A stretch of 62,499 bases of DNA, the filler included, from Psammoneis japonica (taxonomy: Eukaryota): assembly GCA_008632985.1 (NCBI GenBank). It is 6 parts of 6 records of this genome, joined end to end, with 100 filler letters (N's around TTAATTAATTAA, not from the genome) between each part and the next. Parts side by side here need not be neighbours in the genome. Positions count along the whole stretch, not along the records: positions 1 to 10,875 come from QPGO01000522.1; 5 more parts are not named here. The stretch is one strand, 5' to 3'. The position numbers and the translations under genes are program-made. A model generated the notes under the pieces. It saw only the letters and a list, made by a program, of their open reading frames with translations, was not told where the DNA came from and did no database searches. Below, piece by piece: positions 1-10,975 of this stretch. The first letter of the stretch is position 1. Every line of letters starts with the position of its first letter.

Positions 1-125
1 TTGCAAATTCAAAGCCCAGCATTGCATGAATTTCCACATGCATCTGGATCACGTCCCCTTTGTGCTTTTGTGCCCTCCTCAGCCACCATTTTGTGCCCTC
101 TGCCACTTTTGGTCATTGTTGGTTT

Positions 126-590
126 GTGCAAAGTTGGCATGCCAAGTTTTGTGCAAAGTTGGCATGCCAAGTTTTGACCCAAATTCGACATGCCAAGTTT
201 TGCTCCAAAGTTGGCATGCCGACTTTTGACCCAAAGTTGACATGCCGACTTTTGCTCCAAAGTTGGCATGCCGACTTTTGACCGAAAGTTGGCATGTCGA
301 CTTTTGACCGAAAGTTGGCATGCCGACTTTTGACCGAAAGTCAGCATGCCAACTTTTGACCCAAAGTTGACAAGCCGACTTTTGATCCAAAGTTGGCGCG
401 CCGACTTTTGATCGAAAGTTGGCATGCCGACTTTTGACCGAAAGTTGGCATGCTGACTTTTGACCGAAAGTTGGCATGCTGACTTTTGACCGAAAGTTGG
501 CATGCCGACTTTTGACCCAAAGTTGGCATGCTGACTTTTGACCCAAAGTTGGCATGCCGACTTTTGACCCAAAGTTGGCATGCCGACTTT
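126..590. repeat. Tandem array of about 18 units of 25-26 bp with a 20-bp near-palindromic core AAAGTTGGCATGCC(G/A)ACTTT
   Basis: Directly visible unit gacttttgacc(c/g)aaagttggcatgcc; the 26-aa periodicity of the overlapping ORF translations equals 3x26 nt. Confidence 0.97.
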
Positions 591-602
591 TTCTTTTTTT
601 TT

Positions 603-880
603 AGCATGAGACTGAAGTTCCTTGGACCTTCCTCCTCCTCTGCCAATGGATTCCTTGTTGTTGCTTCACTCAACAATTGTGGCATCTGCCTTCTTCCTTT
701 TGCTGTCGACTGCCTTGGTGGCCTTGGATTCTTTGCGCACTGCCTTCTTTTCAGCTCTGCACTTTCTTCCATGTGTTCCCAACCCAAGCCTCCCTGGACC
801 TCCTCCTCTGATCTTCATCATTCTGATGCTTCCTGCTCTGCCTTCCTTTGTGCCACATCCTCTCTGTTGGCTCTTCTCGC
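603..880 (+). pseudogene. Fragment of the C-terminal restriction-like endonuclease region of a CRE-like non-LTR retrotransposon
   Basis: Translation SMRLKFLGPSSSSANGFLVVASLNNCGICLLPFAVDCLGGLGFF aligns with SMRSKFL*HAGSSSDGSPATQSLNDDGKVFLPFAIDHLGGIGFF from the minus strand at about 53490-53630. Confidence 0.7.
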
Positions 881-1879
881 ATTGGTCGCTTGGTTTGGTT
901 TTGCCATGTTTTTGAACAAAATTCACCAGGATTGCCACCTTTTACCCTGTTTTTCTACGGAAAGGGTGGATTCCCGGGGAATCGACACAAATTTTCCTTC
1001 GTTGTGTGTGCACTCAATGCACAAATAAAAAATTGTGCATTGGTGTTTCCCCGTGCTTCCCCTCTCGTACATTTCCATGTGTTCTGCGTGCCGGCATGCA
1101 CGGAACCACACATCAGAATTGAAAATCAACAATCACAACAGAAATGGGCAACACGCCATGGAGCGGCTTGCACCCCAGTTGTGACGGCTTTTGTCAAACA
1201 ATGATGACACCAGTCAATCTGGTGAACAACATCAGGATCGATGGCATAAAATGTGAAATGAAAAGAAGCTTGACAGATTGTGTTTGGAAAAAAATGGTGC
1301 GTTGATGGATCGTTGCACTTGTTCTTTTGTCGTGCGGTCACAAATGCAAGCCACACGGCGTCTGTGGTAAAGTCCAAGGCAAAAGTGGAGCTGTCCATGG
1401 TGAACAAAAACATGGCGGATTGAATGGTCTTGCTCATTTTTCCAGTCATCAGAGGCCGCAATGTGGTGTTGTTCACATTCCTTTGGAAATTTTGGCACAT
1501 TTAATTTGACAAAAGTGTGCCATCATTGGCGACAGTTCATTTTTGTTTTGATGGTCAATTTGCATTTGTTGTCACCGTTTTATGTTGGCAATTGTTGCTG
1601 TTTTGTTTTGCTTTTGAGCTGCCAAAGAATTTCAATGAGCCCTTTGTTGTTGAAAAATGCTTTTTGTTTTGACCAATTCATCACATGTTTGTGGAAACGT
1701 TGGCTTTGACAGTGCTTTTCAACAGCTTCACCGCAGCCTTGCATCGCCACAGACAATGGCATTTCTCCCTCGCCCCAGTCGGCCATGCAATTGCCTGGGA
1801 ACACTGGCTCATCATTTCCACCTGCTTGCTCCAGTTGTCCAGTCAATGGGTCCCTGCCTGCATTTTGGTGCCTTTTCTG

Positions 1880-2709
1880 CATTGCAAGGAAAACCCTTGG
1901 CTGTCCCGACATTTGGTCCTGCATCATGACTTGTGGTTGGTCCATTGGGAAATCCTGCCGTGCAAAAAGGCGAACATGTCCTGTGACACAAAAATCTCGA
2001 GGAGGCTCTGCATTTCTCCAAAATGTCTGGAGAGACAGTTGAAGAACAGCAGAACCGCGTGTGCTTCTTCACCGCAACATCCAGGCAATGGCAGAATTTG
2101 TTCACACGATCATTGCCGGAGACGACCCAAACGATCCTTTATCCGGCAAGCCTTGTTTCCGATTTTTGCTGTGCAAAAGTCTCCAAAGTTTGATCAACGA
2201 TTGAGCCCAAGACCTCCACAGTGCTCATTTTGTCACTGACATCATCATGCGTTGTGTTCAGTGCAAGCCCAAGGACATGGACCATTGGTTCTTGAAGATT
2301 TTCTGTCACGTCAAAACCCAAAAGGAATGGCACCTCTTTGTCAATGGCTTTCTGGTCACATGCGATGCCAATGATCCTGGTGCCCAGGCGGATGAGATCA
2401 AGGGGTTCCTTGCCAACTCAACCGGTGACATGAAGAACATGGTGACGATGCAAGGCGATTCCCTTGCACGCCGTGAGGCTCATGAAGAAAAAATCAATTC
2501 CATGTTGAATCACGAATTTGGGAAGCGTTGTCCCAAGGAGCAAATTGGCATCCGACCTGGGCACAGCAAGCAGCTCACAATGCTCCGTTGCAGAATGCGT
2601 GATCAGAGGGCCGACTGCTTGGAAGACAACAACAAACGAATCTACAACTCTGGAACCAAACGCAAAATTAGGAGGACCCGCAAGGATGGCACCTGTTTGT
2701 GCGATGGCA
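1880..2709 (+). pseudogene. Decayed gene fragment of an unknown repeated family (second copy at 50520-51348)
   Basis: Peptides RKTLGCPDIWSCI, KINSMLNHEFGKRCP and KIRRTRKDGTCLCDG are shared with 50520-51348; several frameshifts. Confidence 0.8.
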
Positions 2710-4400
2710 AGAAACCCCAATCTGTTGACCTTGCTTCTCATGGAGTTTGTCATGCTGTCGACAAAAACACCAACCTCTCTTTTTAAAGTTCCGTTTTCAA
2801 ACAGGTGCATCATGTCACTTGCCGTGGAAAGGGTCACTCTGAAAGGCTGTTCTCCAAAATCTGCATTGAGCAAGCTGTTGGTGGGCACATTGTGCTGCTT
2901 CATGCAATGAAGCTGCTGCAGCCAGTGGTTCCTTTCTTGCTCGTCAAGACTGAGATCATTTGCGTGGTTCTGGACTGACAAAATGTCACCAGCCCTGACG
3001 AGTTCGCACTCCTTCCAAGGGTCGTCAAGCTCATTGCATCCGGTCATGCAAAACCTGGAACAACATTGGTGACAGTTCTTGGCGCCATGCCTGCCCACAA
3101 GGCAGTCACCACTCTTTGCATCTCCGTTGATTGGGGTTGTTGTTGGAATGACATGAAGGAAACGCATCTCATCACCGCATTGAACGCAGCAGCGAAAGCC
3201 ACTGTTTTCCATCATGTCCAGCAGAGGCTGGAGCATTGTTGCCAACACCTTGTGACAATCCTGGATGCTTTGGCCCTTCTCCGACTTTTGAGCGTTAGAT
3301 TGCTGTTTGGCGGCGGAGGAGGACATTTTTTCCAGGCCGGGAATGTAACCAAGGACACGCCACTTTGCTCTGTCATGCCATTGGTTGCAGGCAACATGAG
3401 CCAACGTAACTGTGACGGGTTCTCCACAGGAAGACAACATGGAAGCCGTCTTCCCAGTCTTGTCAACATAAATTGTCAAACATTCGAGGAACTTTTTAGA
3501 GGATCCGAGACCCTGGCTGTGCATGTGCTTCTGCACCACTCTCCTGCCAAAACACACTTGTCGTGCTTTCCCATTGAGACATGCATTCCGCATGGATGGG
3601 CAGTGTCGGCAAGATCACTGGGGTTGGCCCATGTGTGAGCATCCAGCATGAACGATTCCCACACATCTTTGAAATTCCATCGCGGAACTCTTGCTGTTGT
3701 CTCACCGCGTTCCCCATTGAGGCTTTCTAGGTTGACTGGAATCATCTCGCATTCCGGACCTGCAAAAGACTCACGTGGGTTATCCATCAGTTTGGTCCAG
3801 CGAGGGATTTGCATTCCAAGATGGAAGGTGCTGCCACAGTGTCTTTTGATGAACTTGGCGATCTTGTCACACAGGTGAAGCGGTGCTCTGCAGTCGTCTA
3901 AGAGCTCACACAGCTCCACACAAGCACCGTTGAGGTTGCCAAGAGATGGCATGCGCGCAAATGCATCTTTGGCTGGGCTGCGGCACACCTCACCCAATCG
4001 GCTGTCTTCACTCCACAAATCATCTTCGTCTGAGATGTTTGATTTGTCAGGATTTGCAACTTCGGAGCCCTCCATTGTGACATCTGGCAATGCATCAAAC
4101 GAGTTGTCTGGTGACAAGCTTGCTTCGGAAGACAAGTCCAGGGACATGCAATGAATTTCCTTGTGATGGGATTGCGACCCAAGAGCGGAAATGTCATCAT
4201 CAAATGGTGGTGACCATGGTTCATTGCTTCTGTCATTTTCATTGTCAGTGGACCCAAGCCCAATGTTTGCTGTGGACGCACCTCGTCTGGACTGCCTCAG
4301 CCCTGGCTGTGACGAGTCATCTGATGAGGAGGAAATGTCAAGATCAACCGACCCACGTCTGTGAGAGAATTTGTTGCTGACGTTGGAAGTTTTAGCCACA
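2710..4400 (-). mobile_element. Plavaka-like (CACTA/EnSpm-related) transposase pseudogene, 3' truncated at about 2710
   Basis: Ordered motifs YVDKT, EPVTVTL, WRVLGYIP, CHKVL (family YH..L), INGDAKSGDCLVGR, SRFC, DMMHLFENG in ORF 2418-3593; upstream APLHLCDKI in frameshifted ORF 3476-4399. Family recognised from memory, no HMM run. Confidence 0.75.
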
Positions 4401-5159
4401 ACCCAAGGGGAGGCACATGCGGACTTGCAATGGACAAGAAGGGAATTGTTTGCGATGCATTAAAACTGGCGAAGTGGTTCCAGCGTGACATCGTGCAAGA
4501 CAACCATGAAAGACTTTGGTTCTGTGAGCAAATGGAGTTCTTCAGGTTCTCTCCAGGGACAGTCAATGAATGGATGCTGGACATTGTCCGGAAGGAGGAT
4601 GGTGAGTGGGAGAAATTTCAAAGCAGGAGAAAGGGAAGGTGTTGGGTGGAGAGACGTTGTCGTGTTGAAGTTAACGAATTTGTGAGAATGGTCGGAGCGG
4701 AGACAAGGGCTGTCACCCAAATGACTGACTGTTCCAACATCGGGCGATGCATCAGGTTGAGAGTTACGAAGTTAGAGGGTGATGACAAATTGGACTGGAA
4801 AAAACGATTTGGTGCCAAAAAGGATGGATGTGCTTGGGCCCCAACAGCGAACCGGAACAACGTTAAAGCAGGAGAGGGGTGTGTTCATTGCAGCAAAAAC
4901 AACTTTTACAGGTGCACGTTTCACAAAGAGAGGTTTGAACTGGAATTCGCAATGATTCAAAATTTTCACAAGACAACAAGGAGTGGTGAAATGGACAAAT
5001 TGTGTGCACATTAAAAGATTTGGTCAATTGTCAATTGTGCTGCATTTGAGAAAAAGGAATCATTGGTGGCAACTGTGAGATTTTTGGCATTAAAGAGAGG
5101 TTTGAAAGTTTCCCAACGACAAAAATGACTGGGGACACAAGGCATGGAGACAACCACAA

Positions 5160-6420
5160 TTGGCAACAGTGGCACAGGCAATGGCGCAGAAGAGGAAGAA
5201 AGAAACTGCGGGGGTGGCTGGAGATCAACCAACAAGCCCAAGGCTGGCCACAGCGTTGGTGCGGGTGGGAGCCACTGAGGATCACCAGTCTACAAAGAGA
5301 GAGGTAGAAGAGGTGGTGTGGAAGGAACTTTTCCCAAAGGCAAAATTCCTTGTCAAGGCAGACATGGCAAGCAGTGGCAAAGTGTCGCGGCTCATCAGGA
5401 AAAAGACAGCCGGAGGAAATTACAGCAAGCAAGACTGGGCGGGAGCGTGGGAAGACTGGGCAAAGAAGTGCATCATGCACGCAATTAATGCAAAAAGGAG
5501 CATGGTCACTCAGGCAATCAAGAACAATGCAACGGCTGGCAAGTGTTTTGTGGTGCACGGCATGTTGAGTGCAGCTGCACTTGACACAGCTGCACCTTCA
5601 TTTGCTGAAGTCATGTTGACAGAGAATGAAGCAGAGGAGATGCGCAGTCAGAAGAAGCCGGCAGCAAAGGGCAGAGGTGGGAAGAAGAGCAAGAAGAGGA
5701 AGAGGAATGATCGTGCAGAAGAGGAAGAGCCGTTCCTGGCAACTTGGGGGGAGGAGACAGTGACAACGATTGTGGAGGACAAGCGCAAGAACAAGGAAGC
5801 ATGTGCATGGTTCTACGAAAACATCCTGAAATTCACAAAGAGCACCACCACATGGAGAAGGAAGGCAGAGTCGGGTGAGACGAAGGCAACTGGTCTGGCT
5901 GCAGCAAGCAACGAGGCTCTGGTGCTGTTGACATTTGAAAACTGCTGGAAGAGTTGGGAGCACAAGGCACGTCATGACAAGACTGTTGCAGCAGGGGGAG
6001 GTTCGGACGAAGAAGATGAGGAAAAGTTTTGAACCAACACCCAAGTGCACGGACCCGTCGAGGCAACGAGACTTGTGGAAGGATGCAGGGATTGAGCAAT
6101 TCAACAAACTGCTTGCGGCAGTGAAGAAAGACAGGTTGAGTGAGGAGGGCATGCAGTTTGACACATGGTGCAGCGAAGGCAAGAAAAGGAAGAGTGATGA
6201 AAGAGGCAAGGGATCAAAAAGAAAGAAAAAGCAGGTGGAGGAGGCAAGAACACAGGCAACAACAGAGCTTTCAAGTGACAACGAGGAGAAGGAGGAAGAG
6301 GCAACGGACGAGAACAGAGGAGACGAGGACAGCGAGGAAGGGGAGGAGGACAGTGATGCGGAAAGCGATGCGAATGTAGATGCAGATGCTGAGCGAGCTG
6401 CGGCAGACGTGTTCCAGTCC
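5160..6420 (+). pseudogene. Transposon accessory ORF, divergent from the transposase, with basic and acidic low-complexity tracts; frameshift near 6030
   Basis: Motifs WKELFPKAKF, INAKRS, SNEALVLLTFEN.W..W, then PKCT...WKDAGIEQFNKLLAAVKKDR in the next frame resemble the SDEA..L..EN / W...G...FN.L...V..DR ORFs I recall next to diatom Plavaka transposases. Confidence 0.55.
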
Positions 6421-7529
6421 CAGGTGACACACAAAACGACAATCGATTTTGAACATAAATTGTGTGTCTGTCAGTGCATGGAGCATGTTCACATAAAATG
6501 CTCAACTCTTTGTTTGCCACTGCGGATTGCTGCGGATTTTTTCACGCGGTCGTGCGGACGTGCGGACGCTCATTTTTTTCACACCACACCACACACCACG
6601 TTGATGCAAACAGCCTTCATGGATGTGATTGTCTTCGCCGTTGTGACAGAATCACCACAGTGGGTGATGTCTTCTGTCGTCCAATTGCATTTTTGACATT
6701 TGACAATGTGCTTCCTGGCGTTGCCGCTTCTTCTGCTGCAGCAATTTGACTGCATTCAAAGCATTGCTGTTGTTCCACTGTTTGAGACATTGCCACTGTG
6801 AATTGTGCTTTGAATTGTAGAAGGGGGGCGAAAGAGATGCAGGTGATCTTTTGTTTCAGCACCAAAGCAAGCTGCATTGCTGTCTCTTGCGTTGTTGTCA
6901 TTTGTCACTCGACACATTTCATGCAATGTCTTGGCATTACACACCAACACGTGTTTCTGGCTGCGCTCATTCATTGCATCAGAATTGACAGAGAGTGCAG
7001 TGCCGTTGATGGCGTGGCAGCAGACTGTCAAAGCAATGCCTGTCACTTGGACTCAGGTGTCAGTGCTGATGCCACAGGAATGGCAAGGATGCCTGGCACT
7101 TTTCAAGAAGTCGCTCTTCCTTTGGAAACAACATTTTTGGAAACGGTTGTCGTGTTGATGCTGTTGGATTTGAAACATTGACGGGGGGCGAAAGCGACAG
7201 ATGCAGGCAAGCTTTTGTTTGCTTTTTTTCAAAGCAAGTTTGTGTTGTCGTCTCTTCCGTTGTTGTTTGTTGCTCAATGCATTTCATGTTGCACCTTGGC
7301 ATCACGCGCTAAAGCATGTTTTTTCAACAACAACAAACAGCACACAGCAACAGGTCTTTAATTTTTAGCTGCTTGGAGTTGTCATTTCACAGTCATGTGC
7401 AAGCTTTCTTCTTTCAAGCTGGCTCCAGGACTCGAGTCTCCAAAGTCAAAGACAGGGCACTCTGGGCGACGGATTGCTTTCAAATCCTAAACTGCAGCAA
7501 GCCAATGTTTCCTTGTTGAGTTTCACAAT

Positions 7530-8570
7530 CAACAGAACAACAGCATTGTGCTGTGGGCTCACCCATTTGTTGACATTCCATTAGATTTTGTCAGTGGGAT
7601 GCCAAAAACAACAACACCGATTCTGTCAGCCTCGGTCGGTCGCACCTGTCACGATGCAAGAAATGCCAATGAGAGCCGGTGAGAAACCACGAATTGAAAA
7701 CTCATCAAAAACACAACAACAACCCAATCCAAGCCATCACAATGCACCTTGCCATGTTGACAATCACCCAGTGTGGTGTCGGGGTGCACTTGATTGCAAT
7801 GACTCCGAAAGTCAATGTGCCTTTCTGTTGTCTTTGTGAAGAGCAAGAAACAGCAGCACAAAAAGCAAGGGTTAGCTGAGGGAATGTGAAATGTGAAAAA
7901 GGACAATCTGACAAATTAGAACAATTGCATTGTGATGTGTGCTTGCCTGTTTGTTTGAAATTCCACCAGATTCCGTCCTGCTTTGTTTTCTTTGATCGGA
8001 TTGGCGCAAGAAGCGACGGGTGAAACAGTCGCAAAATTTTGTAAACTGGCGGCTGCAGGAGCCACCCAGGACTCCAAATCAGCATCCTCCATGGCAGTGT
8101 CGAGAGAACCAAAGGCAAGTGTGGAGACACGCTTGCCAATGTCCACGTCCATCATGCCCATGCCATCAACGACCGTGATTTCGCACTGAAAGCAAAAAAC
8201 AGCAGCACGAAAAGCAAGGGTCAGCTGAGGGAATGTGAAATGCTAAAAAGGACAATCTGACACTGCAGAACAACAGCATTGTGATGCATGCTCACCTGTT
8301 TGTTTGCCATTCCACCAGATTCCGTCCTGCAGATGACGAAACAACAACACCGATTCTGTTGGTTTTGGTCAGTGCGCATGACACAATGCAAGAAATGCCG
8401 ATGCGACATCCGGCAAGTGAAGACGTGAAAAAACAACGCCAACGCAACAACAAACCAAACCAAGCTGTCATGACACACTTTGCCATGTCAACAATCACCC
8501 CGCATGACATGGGGGTGCTGTCTGTTGCAATGACTTGGAACGGCAACGTGCCATGTTGGTTGTCTTTTTT
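7530..8570 (-). repeat. Internally duplicated exon-intron module of a decayed gene
   Basis: 7533-7836 resembles 8267-8566 and 7840-7981 resembles 8188-8330. On the minus strand, 8296-8187 reads GTGAGC...GCTGAC...TTTGCTTTCAG (donor, branch point, acceptor). Confidence 0.7.
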
Positions 8571-10086
8571 GGTTGGGTGCTGCGTTGCGCGGCACGAAAA
8601 AAAAAAGCGCGCGTGTCGCTGTGGTGAACAAAGAGTCAAGCGGATTGGCTTTTGTGGGTGTCTGGAGCATGCACAATCATGAAGAACCAAACAGTTTTTT
8701 GTGGGGCATTGAAGTCCTCATGGAGTGTGCATCATGAACTTCCTCAGCAGACTCAGTGCTGATTGTGCGTCAGTGCTCTTCATGCTGAGATTTCTTTGCA
8801 ACTGGAAAACACACTAAGAAGCATTGCAGAAAGACACGTTTGGTCAACATCCAAACAACGGCAACAATTTCGCCGAAAATCATCCGTTGTGTTGCGACTC
8901 GTTTGTGGCAATGAAAAACATTGATGGCACGACAACAATGATTTTGCAACACTCACAAGAGTCTTGCCAGTGTTGCAAAACATTAGAATTTGAACAAATC
9001 TGCATTTTTGGTGGTGAAAAACCGTTCGCAAGTCAGAGACCGCGCAAAAATCGCGCAAATGTCGTTTTTGTGCACGATTTGGGTCACCTGCGGCTGGAAC
9101 ACGTCGGCATGAAAAGGCAGTGGAGGCTTTTGTCAGTGTGATGATGGAAAGAGGATGAGCAACGCAGTGGGTTTCAATGTCAACAGTTAAAAGGTTTGAC
9201 AAAGCATTTTGGGGATCATTGTTTTGTGATCTAACCTTTCGTTTGACAACCAGTGCATGCAACAGAAGGTCACTTAAACCAATGAAACGCAACGATTGGC
9301 ATCAACTTGTCATCAAACAAAACGTTTTGAACATCTCTTTCAAAAGGTAAAAAGTGACGGAATTCTGACAGTTGAGGGAGGGGTCCCACAGGCAAAGGAG
9401 GGGTCCCATGGTGAAAAATGTCACACCATGACACACAATGAAAAATCACGTTCTACACAACTCACTCAATGTGAAAGCATTGTGTTTGCACCTGTGACAG
9501 TGTTAAAAATTGCCTGTGAGAAGGGTGGTCAGGATCACCATGTTTTGCGCTCTGATGGTCGACACATCTTGTGCTCAGAATGAAGCGGATCGTTTGGAAT
9601 CACTGTCGTGCAGAAGCTACAAATGCAAACCATGAGGCATCTAGAACAAAGGCCAAGGCAAAAGTGGAACCTCACAAGGCCAATGAAAATGTGTCGGATT
9701 GAGTGGTCATGCTTGTTCTTTCCTTTGACCCATCCTGTGTGCAGAATGCAGTGTGTCATGCATTCCTTCTTGTGTCGCGTGGTCACAAATGCAAACCACA
9801 AGGGCTCCAGAGCAAAGGGCAAGGCAAAAACAGAACCTCACATGAGCAACATTGACGTGGCTGATTTGATGGTAAAGTTTCTTTTTTCCTCACTCTGCCA
9901 CAAGAGGCCGCTTTGTGTCGATGTGTCGATCGATGCATTGCACAGTGCAGCACTCATTTGCCAAACAATCATGGGGACAAAGCACACCCACCTGAATGCA
10001 AACACCGCACATGCTGGTTGATGCTCTTGAACAAGTGACAAGACAGGTGCCAGGTTGGGGTTGCCACATTGGGGACAATCTGCAGC

Positions 10087-10875
10087 TTGCAAATTCAAAG
10101 CCCAGCATTGCATGAATTTCCACATGCATCTGGATCACGTCCCCTTTGTGCTTTTGTGCCCTCCTCAGCCACCATTTTGTGCCCTCTGCCACTTTTGGTC
10201 ATTGTTGGTTTGTGCAAAGTTGGCATGCCAAGTTTTGTGCAAAGTTGGCATGCCAAATTTTGACCCAAAGTTGGCATGCCGACTTTTGAGCCAAAGTTGG
10301 CATGCCGACTTTTGACCCAAAGTTGGCGTGCCGACTTTTGACCGAAAGTTGGCATGCCGACTTTTGACCCAAAGTTGGCATGCCGACTTTTGACCCAAAG
10401 TTGGCATGCCGACTTTTGATCGAAAGATGGCATGCAGACTTTTGACCCAATGTTGGCATGCAGACTTTTTCTTTTTTTTTTTTAGCGCGAGACTGAAGTT
10501 CCTTGGACCTTCCTCCTCCTCTGCCAATGGATTCCTTGTTGTTGCTTCGCTCAACAATGATGGCATCTGCCTTCTTCCTTTTGTTGTCCACCACCTTGGT
10601 GGACTTGGATTCTTTGCGCACTGCCTTCTTTTCAGCTCTGCACTTTCTTCCATGTGTTCCCAACCCAAGCCTCCCTGGACCTCCTCCTCTGATCTTCATC
10701 ATTCTGATGCTTCCTGCTCTGCCTTCCTCTGTGCCACATCCTCTCTGTTGGCTCTTCTCACATTGGTCACTTGGTTTGGTTTTGCCATGTTTTTGAACAA
10801 AATTCCCCGGGATTGCCACCTTTTGCTCTGTTTTTCTACGGAAAGGGTGGATTCCCGGGGAATCGACACGAATTT
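10087..10875 (+). repeat. Long direct repeat, copy 2 (truncated by contig end); includes the second CRE endonuclease fragment at about 10484-10770
   Basis: Collinear with 1-994. Confidence 0.95.
10212..10468. repeat. Second 26-bp palindromic-core tandem array, about 10 units
   Basis: Same unit as 126-590, fewer copies. Confidence 0.97.
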
Positions 10876-10975
10876 NNNNNNNNNNNNNNNNNNNNNNNNN
10901 NNNNNNNNNNNNNNNNNNNTTAATTAATTAANNNNNNNNNNNNNNNNNNNNNNNNNNNNNNNNNNNNNNNNNNNN
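10876..10975. other. Artificial contig linker N44-TTAATTAATTAA-N44
   Basis: The same 100-nt cassette occurs five times; TTAATTAATTAA puts stops in all six frames. Confidence 0.98.

Larger units (their letters stand above)
1..994 (+). repeat. Long direct repeat, copy 1 (copy 2 at 10087-10875); may extend left of the window
   Basis: ttgcaaattcaaagcccagc... at 1 recurs at 10087 and stays collinear to ...atcgacac(a/g)aattt at 994/10875. The copies differ by substitutions and in the number of 26-bp units. Confidence 0.95.

Noticed and set aside
126..590. Palindromic short repeats resembling a CRISPR array
   Set aside because: Spacers are only about 6 bp and nearly identical, there are no cas genes, and the context is eukaryotic.
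10876..10975. Recurrent TTAATTAATTAA motif about every 10 kb
   Set aside because: Always embedded in exactly 44+44 N, with flanking contigs of decreasing size (10634, 10516, 10212, 10094 bp). It is a concatenation linker, so adjacency across it has no biological meaning.
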